From Squalus acanthias (lineage: Eukaryota), in the NCBI GenBank assembly GCA_030390025.1, contig CM059432.1:25918001-25982000 (forward strand): a stretch of DNA of 64,000 nt, written 5' to 3'. Shown here piece by piece: positions 11,741 through 24,770 of this stretch; within the stretch, counting starts at the first letter, position 1, and every line of letters starts with the position of its first letter. Below the pieces are notes generated by a model, which saw nothing but the letters and a program-made list of their open reading frames with translations, did not search any database and was not told the origin of the DNA. The position numbers were made by a program, and so were the translations under genes.

Positions 11741-13709
11741 AAAGAAAATTAATAAAACAAAAAGGTGAAACATAACCGGATAACTGGATTACCCCCATTA
11801 AAAAGTAAGTTTGAGTCGCAATGTTTTCCACATGTGACGGGCCCAATAATTAATGTGTAAAATGGCTGAAAAATGATAGTGTGAAACATTTGAAAGCAAT
11901 TTTCTGAGAAAGCTGGGTCCAAGCTGAAGAGCTACAGTTTCAGCATTCTGCCTCCGCTTACCCATTTGTCATCTCTGACAAGGACTTGGCCATCTGTTGT
12001 ATAACATTCAATAAACATATCGCGAGTAGCAGCTGGGGGGATTGAAACCATCATTTTAAACTCGGAGTTCATGTAGCCTCTGTTTTTTTTTAATCATGGA
12101 GTTCCTTAAGCTCAGCAGATAGTGCTGTGTGCATGAACAGATGAGTTCTGTGCGGGCTGGCAGTACTGGCTACAGAATAGGGACGTTCGACATTAGCATC
12201 CTCTGCAAACGTACAGCAAGTTGACAGACTGGTTTGTGAGACTAATAACACTTTGGATCTACCTTATTTTTTTATATATAGTTTTTTTTCTGCCTCCAAT
12301 TTTCTGCCCTCTTCTCCTGTAGACACTGCCTCCTGCTGGAGGATAGGTGATCCCTCCTGCTACAAATGACCCAGGGATTAATTATGTTTAAACCAATTGC
12401 TTATAACTGGAGCAATCTACCAAACAAAAACAAATATAAACCAGAAGGCCAGAAATTGTGTCACAGGCCTTATTTCAATCATTTGGGCACGCTACCAGCG
12501 CCTGTTTGGAAAACAAAATTTTGGGCTGCTTGCCTTACTGGCAGCAGCCCATAGATAAGTGCGGTGGAGAGGGGAAGACAGCAGGAGCAGGGCCGCGACC
12601 ATCAGGAGCACCTACCTTTTCGGTAACTGCCGCAGGCTAGGCTGCATCCACGTCTAGAAAACCTGAGCAGAGCAGGCCCGACGTCTGCTCTGCTCAGGGC
12701 AGACCGAGAGGTCCTAAAACAGGCCCTCATTAGCATCTGCAAGGGGCCTAACGCTGGTTGTAGGTGGCTGCCCCGATGCCTGAATATTGGCCCGACCTAA
12801 CTTCGGGTTGGACATTTTTCAGGCGACCTTGGCGCAAGACTTTGTTCCCCGAAATTGGGCCTGTAAAATTGCCACAACGAGGTCCAACATTCCAGGCATC
12901 ACATTGTATGACAGATATCAAACAATCCTTAATAAAGAGAATGAAAGCCAGTCATTGACCTGGAGCCTGAAATTTCCAAGTTGCCTTCTGATTAACCACT
13001 GCAATTTATGAGTATCTACAATGTTTGCCATTTTAGAGATCAGGTTAGCAGCTAAACATCACGGCCTCGATTTTAACTCCCCCCGCCTGACAGAAACCAG
13101 ACGGGTGGTGGGGGGACAGTTAAGATGGAGCAGAGAACTTACCCACTCCTTTCCCACCCGCAATTTTAAAGTCAAATATTCCACCAACAGTCACTGTCTC
13201 GGCCCATGCAATGAGTGGAAGTCTGAATTAAAAGGATAGACAGGTTGTAATGAAGGGTCCCTATCTGACTCATTAACCTGCCTTTTCTCTTTCGGACACT
13301 GATAGTTCTGGTGTGCCTTTCCAGAAGTTTCTGCCCTAATGGCCGCTAGGTCATCATCTGTAAAACCGTTACCCGGCACAAGTCAATACCTCACGGCGGA
13401 GATGGAGGCAAAGATTTACATGTCACTATACTGGGGCCTTGGAATTATAGCGTGGGATAGTCATGAAAGAGCATTTAATGTTATCCCTCTCTCTAGTATT
13501 TTAGCAGAGCTGTTATGCAGTTTACAATAAACATTGAGCTCCGCTAAAATAACAATGCGTTAAGTCTTCATCCGCTATTTTCTCACAGCGCAGTTTCAGG
13601 TCAATGATTTTGAAATTGGTGCACACACAGTTACAGATTGTAACACCATCAGGTCTGTCACACTACAAGTTGCAGTTTATTACACGAATACCTAAAGTAG
13701 TTTCCCCTA

Positions 13710-13985
13710 GTGATTTAGCAAGTTTATCCAGTGAGGAGCTTAACCACCCAGACCATCAGGGTTCAGTTCCTGTAAGTAGTAGGGCGCCACAGTTGTTCTC
13801 AGCACCTCCGGCATAAGGTTGGGGGAAAAAAATCAGCCAAGCTTCCCACTCCTGATCAAAGTTGGGTGAGGATGGGTTCAAGCTGTGATGCCCCTGTAGT
13901 TGAAATGCCTGCTGACACTCACCGTCAAGGCTGACATGTAAATAATAACCAGCTGGGCAAGATCCCGGTGTCTAATCAGTGACTT
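13710..13985 (+). mobile_element. Second tRNA-like SINE family (unnamed; other decayed copies near 8760, 17785-18070, 19140-19380(-), 24170-24500, 25000-25330(-), 41740-42010(-), 46310-46560, 61140-61330(-))
   Basis: Recurrent motifs ccagtgaggagctgagcca...cagacca, aaaatcagccagggttccc.ctcctgatc, ggctgtgatgcc and gacactcac.gtc are shared among the copies. Confidence 0.6.
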
Positions 13986-14118
13986 TGGGTCAATGGCCCT
14001 GGAACTTGCATGGACGTGTCCCGATCTCCCTCTGGAACTTCAGCATTCATCTGGAGGTTCCATCGATTTCCCACCAAAGTCACTGCAGGATGTCAGGATC
14101 AGGAATTTTAGGGCTAAT

Positions 14119-14861
14119 GGGCCAAAAATTGATCCCGCTGCGCGAGAGTACGCACTGCGTACTCTCGCGTATTCTCTCTCCAATTGCCGGTTTTCCGCAT
14201 GCACTGCACATGCGCTGAAAACCGGCACTTGGTCTTTGGAAAAGGGGGCGGTTCCTCAGTGCACCGCGTGCGCGCTACAGGCTGCGCGCACGCTGTGCAC
14301 TTAGTGCTTTGGACGCGCAGGTAAGGACGGAAGATTTTAGAAACGAACAAAGGAGGAGTAAGACCCACTTTTAACAAGGTAAGTAGCGAATTAAGTATTA
14401 TTTTGAATTTTTTTTAACAGGTATATCTTTTTTAGAGACTTTAAAGACAGGTAAGTTTATTTTTATAACTTTTTAAAAGATTTTAAATTTTTTCAAAAAT
14501 TTAATTTTTTATTTAAAATGGTTAATTTATTTAACTATACTTATTTTATTAATGTGATGTTTTTTTTTTAAATTTAATTGAGGTTTAGCTGTTATTTTGG
14601 GGGTGTGTAAGATTCATAGCTTTCACAGCACGTATGTGAAACTTATGAATGGAAGATGGTGTGCTGCCATTGGCTCTAACTGAGTCACGTGATCCCACAG
14701 CTCGCACGAATTCACTGCGCCGGTGGGATACGCAAGCACTGCCCAGCTGATGTCTAGAACATCAAGTTCGTGCGAGCTGGATCTGAAAAAGCCAACGCGG
14801 AGTGAGAGATCGCGCCTGCTCCTTACCCCCGCGGGAACAGAGCGAGATCAATTTCTGGGCC
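14119..14861. mobile_element. Harbinger-type MITE with AT-rich core
   Basis: 21-bp TIRs gggccaaaaattgatcccgct / agcgagatcaatttctgggcc (3 mismatches). Flanks AAT and ATT fit a 3-bp TSD with one change. Internal 14-bp perfect hairpin near 14142-14170. Confidence 0.8.
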
Positions 14862-15138
14862 ATTGTCTTCAGAAGAGAAACGGGAAGAGAAAATGTGGAC
14901 AGAGTAAACTTGCAAAGAAAAAAAAGTTCTGTAAAAATTATGAACCACATATTCCAGTACCATATGTTCCAGTATTTAATATTACCACGTATCACAGTAC
15001 TTAGTGCTGTAATGCACACAGCATCGGCTACAGAGCAGGTTTTACTTCAGGATCCATATGGCATCTTTGAAGTGGTGTACAAGCTTAGGAACTGAGCCTG
15101 TCTAAGAACACCTCTACCACATCAATGCTCCTTTAAGA

Positions 15139-15343
15139 CATGATGCGGAGATGCCGGTGTTGGACTGGGGTGGACAAAAGTGAGAAGTCGCACAACACCA
15201 GGTTATAGTCCAGCTGCTTTATTTGAAATCACAAGCTTTCGGAGCGCTGCTCCTTCGTCAGGTGAAGGAGGAGCAGCGCTCCGAAAGCTTGTGTTTTCAA
15301 ATAAAGCTGTTGGACTATAACTTGGTGTTGTGCGACTTCTCAC
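15139..15343 (-). mobile_element. Penelope-like pLTR fold-back mini-element, copy 1
   Basis: Starts catgatgcggagatgcc. 75-bp inverted arms at 15180-15254 and 15269-15343. TSD ctttaaga at 15131-15138 and 15344-15351. Confidence 0.8.
15230..15264 (-). ncRNA. Minimal type I hammerhead ribozyme
   Basis: Minus strand reads CAC-CUGACGA-A-GGAGC(AGC)GCUCC-GAA-AGCU-U-GUG: catalytic core, stem II, palindromic helix III and 3-bp helix I. Confidence 0.75.
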
Positions 15344-15827
15344 CTTTAAGACTTGTCACTGGTACAATATAGAGTGAGCATCTAACCAAAGACTCCTGGG
15401 TACACGGAGTACAAAAATGTTCCATTCCCCAACACTAACATCTCTCAGCTCGATGAACATAAAAATTGGGAAAACAACATGGTAAAATCTGCCTCACAGG
15501 AAAAGCCACTCTTGCTGCTTCTATTCAATACAGCTGGGAATAGTCATAAAAATGGCTGCTCTGAACACCTGTGGTGACGGGAGTGATAGCAGGAGCTTTT
15601 CTTTGTATTCAGCATCCAATGCAGCGAGATAATAAGTGCACACGCACAGCTTCACTAATCCCAGGTGTCAGATGCTGGCAGAGGTTGAATCAAAGGAGGC
15701 CGAAAACAACACTAAATGCTGCTTGTTTCTCTCAGGAGCAGTAATTTATGACTTTGGGCAACGGTGTGAAACAGGCGATATCGAATTAGTCGCCCATTGT
15801 ACAACCTGCCTGATTTTGTTTAGTATT

Positions 15828-16775
15828 CATGATGCGGAGATGCCGGTGTTGGACTGGGGTGGACAAAAATGAGAAGTCGCACAACACCAGGTTATAGTCC
15901 AACAGTTTTATTTAAAATTACGAGCTTTCGGAGCGCTGCTCCTTCGTCGACGAAGGGGCATAAGCTCCAAAAGCTCGTAATTTTAAATAAAACTGTTGGG
16001 GGGAAAAATTCAGCTGCTTGCGCCTCCCGTTAGCGCCTTAAGAGGGCGCTAATGGGGCGTAAAGCAGCTAACGCCCGGGCGCAGCGCCGCCCACGCCTCC
16101 CGAAAAATTCAGCGGGAGGTTAGCGGCGGCGCCAGCCGGTAGCGCCCTGTGGCGCTGCGCCGCCGGCGATGACGTCATCGCCGTGCGCAGCACCCCGCTC
16201 GCGCTCCAGCCGCGATCTTCAGTCGCGCCCCCTGATTTACTGCCAGACGCTATGTCCGACGGGTTCAGGGAGGCGTACGTGCGGCCGGGGCGGCGATATT
16301 TAAAGGGGAGGTGGCAGGCGGCCATTTTTGTTGCTGGCCGCCTGCCAGCACCTGCCCCCGTTGCTGTCCCCGGCCCCCGTGAAGCCCCCCCACCGTGAAG
16401 TGCCGGCTGTGCTCCAAGAGCCCGGCACTTCTCTTGAGTGCCGGGCTCTTTTGCCGGCACTCCCGATCCCTGGGGGCCCAGCTGGGCCCCGGTTCGCGCT
16501 GCGCAGGGTCCCTCCCCTTTAAGAAGGGGAGGAAGGCCTGCAATACCGCGGCACGTAGCGCCAGGATATTCCCTCGCAGCGCCCCAAGAGGGATGCGGGG
16601 TGCTTCCAGTGGCGCCCCGCTTCCCTCTTGGGGCGCAACCACTGAAGTTCCGGCGCGGGGCCGCTAATTTTTTCGGGGCGCTAAAAGTAGCTCCCCGGCG
16701 AGGTTAGCGCCCCAAATGGGGCGCGACTCAATTTTTAGCCCTTGGACTATAACCTGGTGTTGTGCAACTTCTCAT
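15828..16775 (-). mobile_element. Penelope-like pLTR fold-back mini-element, copy 2 (split by MITE 15999-16741)
   Basis: Same catgatgcggagatgcc start. Arms meet at cttcgtc|gacgaag and the right arm resumes at 16742. TSD ttttgtttagtatt at 15814-15827 and 16776-16789. Confidence 0.8.
15999..16741 (+). mobile_element. Young CpG-rich Harbinger-type MITE
   Basis: TIRs gggggaaaaatt / aatttttagccc. The 3-bp TTG TSD is unambiguous because the empty target (aactgttggactata) is known from the opposite arm. Confidence 0.85.
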
Positions 16776-17079
16776 TTTTGTTTAGTATTGACATCAGTTG
16801 AAAGGAAAATTGGGCAGGGGCTTTAATGTGAAACCAATTAGCTATCGTCGGTTTTATACCACCTCCCAATGTTAACATTACCCATGTGTCTTTACAGCTG
16901 GGGCTATTGCAGTTGACCGCCCCTACCACACCTCACACACACTCATACATAAGTAGAAACTAATGCAGAACAACAGGATCTGAACTCTTTTAATATGAAC
17001 TTTGGTGTTAAAGTGTGAGCATTGATTGGGTGCGCCAGAGGATCAGTTGATAAACGCACAAACGCATTGATCACAACAT

Positions 17080-17425
17080 CATGCAATTCCAACCAGGGTT
17101 TACTCCACCCTATCTCTGCAGTCTCCTCCATCCCTATCACTCAGCATGCACCTCTCATTTTAGTCTACTGTACAAATCTCTTCCCCACTCTGTGATCAGG
17201 GGCAGAGACTATAGTCATGATGGCCCCGCACTCTGGTATTCTCTGCCTCATTACATCTGTTCAACCCTCAAAAGCTTCCCCAAAACTCATCTTCTTGACC
17301 ATATCTTCAGCTACCTCCACTAGTTTCTCTTTTCTCCAACTCGCTGTCCGATCATCCCACCCCCCTTCACCCGCACCATAAAACATATTGGAACATATTG
17401 CTATGTTAAAGACACTTATACATTG
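17080..17425 (+). mobile_element. Decayed L2 LINE 3' fragment
   Basis: ccctatctctgc..tctcctcca, ctctggtattctctgcct and gctatgttaaagacac tail resemble the L2 copy at 62893-63262. Confidence 0.55.
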
Positions 17426-17780
17426 TTTTTTTTTATTCATTCTCGAGATAACTAGCAAGGCCGGCATTTATTGCCCGTCCCTAGTTGCTCTCGAGAAGGT
17501 GGTGGTGGGCCTTCTTGTTGAACCGCTGCAGTCCATGTGGTAAAGGTACTTCCATAATGCTATTAGGTAGGGTGTTCCAGGATTTTGATCCAGTGACAAT
17601 GAAGGAATGGCAATATTATGTCCAAGTTGGGACGATGTGTGACTTGGAGCAGATCATGGAGCTGATGGTGCTCCCATGCACCTGCTGCCCTTGTCCTTCT
17701 AGGTGGTGGAAGTCAGGGGTTTGGGAGGTGGTGTCGAAAAAGCCTTGGCGAGTTGCTGCAGTGCATTTTGTGGATGGTGT
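17426..17780 (-). mobile_element. CR1-group LINE (family A), 3' fragment
   Basis: Reverse complement of the shared 3' end ...cttctc.agggcaactagggatgggcaataaatgc...gaatgaataaa. Confidence 0.85.
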
Positions 17781-19952
17781 CGGGCTCAGTCTCTGCTCTG
17801 TGCTGAGTTAGTTGATCTCAAACAATGCGGCAGTGGGAGCACTGCAACTGGCCTCACTTTCTCCAGGACAGGCAAAGGAAAACAAATCAGCCAGGGTTCC
17901 CGCTCCCAGTTGCCAACCAATAATTCCTGCTGGAAAGTGCGCGTTGGGAGGAATCGGGCTTCTGCTGTGTTGCTCCCAAATTTGAGCAGCCTCACCGTCC
18001 ATGCTTACAGCCGAAGAATGGTATGTGATGGAACCTGTATGCCAGCCAAAGTCAGTGCCTCAGGAGGGTATAGGAGAAATTGTTTGAAAAAAATGATTGG
18101 CTTGCCTAGAGAACATGTTTTGCCCTCCAGTTACTTTGTTTGATGAGAAATTTGCTGGGGAGGTGAATGGAATCTCCTTCAGGCCAATTTCTCATGGCGG
18201 GCAGAACGAAGGGAGTTTACTAATAATGGAAAGCCCTTAAAATACACAGCAGGTCACTCAACTTCCATAAACACAAGTGTAGATTAACCCCTTGGTGGGA
18301 CCCTAGTTGTGTCAGGCTGGAGCGGCTCTCTCAGGGAATCGAGTTAAATAAAGAGGGGCGGAAAGGGCAACAGGTAAAGGGGCCAAAGTTCAAATCCATT
18401 AACTACTTTCAACAAGAGGCAGTTAATTGGACTTCAAACTTTCTGTCAGCAAAATGCAATTGTTTCCTTCCCTTCAGCGTCTCAGCTGCTGTAGTCTCTC
18501 TCTCTCAGCGAACTGGAAATTGTGGGTGCAGTCAGTTCAAATCACTGCAAGCAGACAAAAGGCCCAGCAGCCCCAGAGGGAGGAATTATTTTTTTTTAAA
18601 TGTCAGAAATGGGATTTATTTTTGCTAACGGACGCGTCAAAGCTTGGACTTCCTGTCAGAAATCTGTTTAAGAAATAAAAGTTACGTCAGGAAATCTTTT
18701 CTTAATCTTTTCATTTTCTTCCCTCTGTTGCGACATTATCTGTCAACTGAGCCAACAAAAATCTGAACTTGTACACAGGCTCCAATTGAATTTGGACCTG
18801 TTTATATCCTGTTGCAACTGCCTCCTGTCATACCACAAACTTTTAAATGATACATACAAAATAGAAGGATATGCTGATAGGGTTAGATGAAGTAAAGTGG
18901 GAGGAGGAGAGTCGTGTGGAGCATAAACACCAGTGTAGACCAGTTTGGCTGAATGGCCTGTTTCTGTAATGGAAGCTCTATGTAATGTAATTCTATGTAA
19001 AAAAAACAAAATGGCTGAAGTCCTAATCTACAAACCTATCTGTTCTGCAGCTCCTTAGAAAATACCGATGACAGATAACAGTTTTGGCTTCACAGTGCTT
19101 TAACTCTTCCTCTGGTACTTCATCCAATATTGAGCCTTGACAGTGAGTGTTAACAGGCAATTGTACTAGATGGCATTACAACAGGGCTCAACCCTTCCCT
19201 CGCCGACAACCAAATGTGCATTTCTAACAGTTTGTTGGATAGCAAACAAGAGTGAGAGCCCTGGATCATTTTCTCCTCCCCAACTTAAGAACATGAACTC
19301 AGCTAACTCAGGATAGGCTGGCGATAGGACTAGGGCTTTCCTGATCTTCATGGTTTGGCGAGACAATGTCTCAACCAGAGAAGATAAGAGGGAAGCTCCT
19401 TAACTCTTCCAATTTCAAAAGATTGCGATGGGCAAGCTACATGTGCAGACCAACTGGAAAATAACAATCTTGGAAGGTCCTGACTGCTAAAGGACAATTG
19501 TGGACACCAAAATTTAGATGGCAGAAATGTACAGTAAATCTGAATGGAAGCAGGAAAAGTAGAAACAGCTGTGGGAGTTGGCAGAGAGAAGAACATTTGG
19601 TGACATTTTGTGGTGCTTAAGACCAGTTTAATTATGATTGATGACAATTGGTCGACTTTTTCCACCTCTGGAACATTGCTTGTGTTCACCCTTCTGTCAT
19701 TCTCAATGCTGCTGAAATCCTTCTCTATACCTTCATCATATGCACAAGTATTAGCTAATCCTGAACTCAGTAGCATTATTCTGCTCCTGGATGAAGCCCC
19801 ACTCATCCATCATCCTGTCCTTATTTCCTACTGTGTCACATAGAATCAGTTTCAAGAGCCTCATCTTTAAATTCCTTCTTGGCCTCATGCACCCTCTTCG
19901 AGATCTATTCATCAGCCATACATCCAACCAGAGTCTCTGTTCTAAGCATTCA

Positions 19953-21578
19953 AGAAAATTATAATCACCAGGGAAGTGGTACTGAGCAAATTGTTGGAGC
20001 TGCGGGCTGACAAGTCCCCGGGTCCTGATGGACTTCATCCTAGGGTCTTAAAAGAAGTGGCTAGTGAGATAGTTGATGCGTTGGTTTTAATTTTCCAAAA
20101 TTCCCTAGATTCGGGGAAGGTTCCATTAGATTGGAAAATAGCGAATGTAACTCCTTTATTCAAAAAGGGAGGGAGACAGAAAGCAGGAAACTACAGGCCA
20201 GTTAGCTTAACATCTGTCATAAGGAAGATATTAGAAGCTATTATTAAAGACATTATAGCAGGGCACTTAGAAAAGTTCAAAGTAATCAGGCAGAGTCAAC
20301 ATGGTTTTGTGAAAGGGAAATCATGTTTAACCAATTTATTGGAGTTCTTTGTGCTGTGGATAAAGGGGAACCGGTGGATGTACTGTACTTAGATTTCCAG
20401 AAGGCTTTTGATAAGGTGCCACATCAAAGGTTATTGCGGAAAATAAAAGCTCATGGTGTAGGGGGTAACATATTGGCATGGATAGAAGATTGTCTAGCTA
20501 ACAGGAAACAGAGAGTAGGCATAAATGGGTCATTTTCTGATTGGCAAGATGTAACAAGTGGTGTGCCACAAGGATCAGTGCTGGGGCCTCAACTTTTTAC
20601 AATTTATATAAATGACTTGGATGAAGGGACCGAAGGTATGGTTGCTAAATTTGCTGATGACACAAAGATAGGTAGGAAAGTAAATTGTGAAGAGGGCATA
20701 AGGAGGCTACAAAGGGATATAGATAGGTTAAGTGAGTGGGCAAAGATCTGGCAAATGGAGTATAATGTGGGAAAATGTGAAGTTGTCCATTTTGGCAGGA
20801 AGAATAAAAAAGAAGCATATTATCTAAATGGTGAGAGATTGCAGAGCTCTGAGATGCAGAGGGATCTGGGTGTCCTAGTGCATGAATCGCAAAAGGTTAC
20901 TATGCAGGTACAGCAAGTAATTAGGAAAGCTAATAGAATGTTATCGTTTATTGCGAGGGGAATTGAATACAAAAGTAGGGAGGTTATGCTTCAGTTATAC
21001 AGGCCATTGGTGAGACCACATCTGGAGTACTGTGTACAGTATTGGTCTCCTTATTTAAGGAAGGATGTAAATGCGCTGGAAGCAGTTCAGAGAAGGTTTA
21101 CTAGACTAATACCTGGAATGGGCGGGTTGTCCTATGAGGAAAGGTTGGACAGGCTAGACTTGTATCCGCTGGAGTTTAGAAGAGTAAGAGGTGACTTGAT
21201 TGAAACATATAAGATCCTGAGGGGTCTGGACAGGGTGGATGTGGAGAGGATGTTTCTTCTTGTGGGAGAAGCTAGAACTAGGGGTCACTGTTTAAAAATA
21301 AGGGGTCGCCCATTTAAGACAGAGATGAGGAGAAATTTTTTCTCACAGAGGGTTGTGAGTCTTTGGAACTCTCTTCCTCAGAGGGCGGTGGAAGCAGAGT
21401 CTTTGAATATTTTTAAGGCAGAGGTAAATAGATTCCTGGTAAACAAGGGGGTGAAAAGTTATCGGGGGTAGGTGGGAATGTGGAGTAATCGGATCAGCCA
21501 TGATCTTATTGAATGGCGGAACAGGCTCGAAGGGCCAAGTGGCCTACTCCTGCTCCTAATTCGTATGTTCGTATGTTC
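19953..21578 (+). mobile_element. 5'-truncated CR1 LINE, RT region nearly intact (ORFs 19976-20392 and 20323-21471, one frameshift)
   Basis: KSPGPDGLHP, NYRPVSLTS, DFQKAFDKVPH, GVPQGSVLGP, KFADD and RPHLEYC motifs, followed by a 3' UTR and (tatgttcg)n tail. Confidence 0.95.
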
Positions 21579-21689
21579 ATTCATATAGCACCTTTAATAT
21601 TAAAAAATATTCCAAAGTGCTTCACAAACAGACATAATAAAAACTGAGTCAGGAAGGAAGAGATTAGAAGGGATGATCGAACTCTATTT

Positions 21690-22012
21690 TTTTAATTCAT
21701 TCTCGGGATGTACGTGTCACTGGTAAGTTGGGCATTTATTGCCCATCCCTAGTTGCCCTGTACAACTGAGATGCTGGCTCAGCCACTACAGAGGGCAGTT
21801 AAGAGTCAACCACGTTGATGTGGGACTGGAGTCACATGTAGGCCAGACGAGGTAAAGACGGCAAGTTTCCTTCCCTAAAGGACATTGGCGAAACCGTTGT
21901 CTTTTTTAACGACAATCCGACAGCTTCATGGTCACTTTTACTAATATCAGCTTTTTATTTTCAGGTTTAAACTGAATTCAGATCTTCAAACTGCCTTGGT
22001 CGGATTTGAACT
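21690..22012 (-). mobile_element. SINE sharing its 3' tail with LINE family A
   Basis: 21695-21760 matches the family A 3' end (gcatttattgcccatccctagttgccct). The other end has a box-B-like gttcaaatcc on the minus strand. Confidence 0.7.
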
Positions 22013-24519
22013 AGGTAAAAGTGATGCGTTTTGTGGAGACTTTTTTTTTAAATGGTGGAGAGGCAGCGTGGTTTAGGGAGGGAACTTCAAGGAGTAGAAC
22101 TGAGGCAGCTGAAGGCTCTGCAACCACTGGTGGGTCGAAGAGAGGGGGAATGTACAGAAGGCCAGTGTCAGAGAAACAGAGTGGTCAGGAGCAGATATAG
22201 GACTTGAGGCATCTTGTGGGCAAAGCCACAGAGAGACTTAAAGATAAGGATAAGATTTTCAATTTGAATGCACTGGAAGTCATTAAATCCTTGCCCTCTG
22301 AAATTCTCTTCTAAAACCACTTTATATGCAACCTCCCTTGCTGTTTTACTCTGAACAAATTCTCCACCTTTCCAATCATGAGATCAAGCCCCAGCAGGTT
22401 CCAGCTATTTGATAGTCAAAAAGGTGTCACCAGCATAAAGATCAATAAAATAATGTATATTAAGAGCAAGAGGCAGGCCATTAAAAATCAACAGAAAGTA
22501 GGAAATCCAAATCAGCGAGCCTTGTGGTACATCACTGCTGACGGACTCCCTCTAGGATCAAACAACCTTTTTTTTTAGCTCCCTCTTTCATTCCCAAACT
22601 AATTCCTTTGTACTTGCTCATTTACTGAAGAAAGAAAGCAGGGGTTCTCCTGAATAAGATGAAACTGTTTATTAACTGTTTGGACCCGAACCTTCACTGA
22701 GAGACTTTTATTTCCACAGCAATATACCTTTCATACAGCAGCTGTCTGCCACGTGGCTGCCCCGTCACGGTCTGACTTCTCTTTCAGACCCACCGTGTTT
22801 TTCCCTAGAAGGTTTTCCTCTAGATATCTTTCTGCTGTGTGCCCACAATAATGAAAATCCACCAAGAAAATTGTAAATATTTTCTAAACGGTAATGAAAT
22901 GCAATAGCTGTACCTGAGTGCACCAGGGGAATCTGATCGTCCCTCAGCTTTCTGCCCTGCTCAGAACTGCCATATTGGCCATTGGAGGGGGGGTTCAAAG
23001 TTCACAGTCCAGCAGTCATTGTATCATCACGCCACCCCCCCACCCCCCTAAACCTCTTAATCTAAATTGGCGAGGATAAAAGAATCATTGGAATTGCCAG
23101 AGAAAGTGGCACATACAGATTCTTGATGATGTTCTTGGCATCTGTACCACCGTGCCAATCCTAAAATAACATTCAGTGCAGATATGTACCAGAGGGCACA
23201 CTGGCATTGAGTTTAATCCAAGAATTGGTGGAAAATGGAAAGACAAAGAATTGAGGAATTCACTGTTCAGAATCCTAACATCCTGGAATGTCATTTTACA
23301 CCACCAGTGCTGAATTATGGCTAATGACTCATAATAAATTTGGGTTTTATTAATTATAATACTCAGTATAATTCTATTACAGAAAACATTCATCACAGCT
23401 GCAAAGGAAATGTAGCTCTTCTGGTAGTGCCTTTAGTCTCTACGTGTGGCAGCTGTTGCTAGAGAAGCCACCTGAGGGTTTGCATCCTCTGAGACCTAAC
23501 TTGCTGAGAGTAGAACATGGTTAGCAAAGAGGAAAATTCCAGTGACCTTAAAGTTACGACTGCCAGTGATACATCTTAGGCTGGTAGCCCGAGGAGCAAG
23601 CCAATGCATTGACAATGCAGAAGTGGTAGGGCAGGGGTTCTACATCAGGTGTCCCTGGAGACTGACTTTCCAATTTCAACTGAGCCAGTGGGCGAGGGCG
23701 ATCAAAGGAATTGAAGCATCTCCAGAGGCAGCTAATCAAGCAGGTCCCCAGAGAGAAGCAAGTGAAATAGGAAGGGACGGCAGAGCAAGCTGATCTCACA
23801 CCACAGGAAGAGATTACAAAGATGATTCAGAGTGTGTATTTGAGGATAGAAATGACAGTTTGCACAGAAGGAAAAGGAGACCCAAGACAGCAGGAGGAAC
23901 AAGGATGGGGCATCAATTACAACAGTTCAGGCACGATTTGGGCTACCAATGGGCAGATTTAGTGCCTAATGAGGCCCAAACCTAACAATGATTCGGGCCT
24001 CCTGACGCCAGATTCAGATTGGAGCCACAGCCACTCTGCAGACTTTTTGCCCGTTTCCGGCCTAATTCACAAAAATATCCCCCCCACCCCCGCGCCCCCC
24101 CAACTCATATTAACCCTGTGCATGTACACTGTGAACTGGGTATGATATATATCCACAATAGCAGAAGGGTAGGTTGTGTTGGCTTAGGTTACTTTGATGA
24201 TGCAGCAAATTTATCGAGTGAGGAACTGAGCCATGTAGACCAGAAAGGTCCTATATTCAACACCCAGTATGTACAATGCTGACTGATTACAGCCACAGCA
24301 CTTCGGTACCTTACGGAGGGGTAAATCAACCAAAGTTTGCATTCTGATTACTAGCCAGGGACCTTGACTGGAAATATTTTTGTGTGGACATTAGGTGAAG
24401 ACAGGATTGGGCTTGATTGTGATGTTCTCTACAGTTGAATCATCCATGAAACTTACTGTTAAGTCTCAAACGTAAATAATGGTGAGGTAGTGGAGAGTGG
24501 CTCTCCCCCTAGAGCCCAT

Positions 24520-24770
24520 GGGCCCTGATTTTAACTCCCCGCTGACTTAAAATTACAGTTGGGTCTCAATTATGTCATCGGGCCGCAACATGCATGTGTA
24601 AAGAAGGACCCTGTTGGCTCCAGGCGGGTGTCCTTGCTGCCTGCTCAGGAGAGCAGGTTAAAATTGCAGATGTTGCGATCATGGCGACTTTTGGATGGGT
24701 AAGAGCCAGGGTGATTTTAACGGCCCATCCGCCAGGTTTTTGCTGAGCAAGTAGGGTTAAAATCGCCCCC
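24520..24770. mobile_element. Decayed MITE
   Basis: TIR-like gggccctgattttaactc / gggttaaaatcgccccc. Confidence 0.55.

Noticed and set aside
15139..15343. miRNA precursor or CRISPR-like repeat
   Set aside because: TSDs, multiple dispersed copies and a hammerhead core indicate a retroelement, and there is no repeat-spacer array
16068..16707. Overlapping GC-rich ORFs and an apparent CpG-island promoter
   Set aside because: Lie wholly inside a TIR- and TSD-bounded MITE
19348..19806. 152-aa minus-strand ORF
   Set aside because: Partly antisense to decayed L2 and SINE sequence, with no recognisable domain
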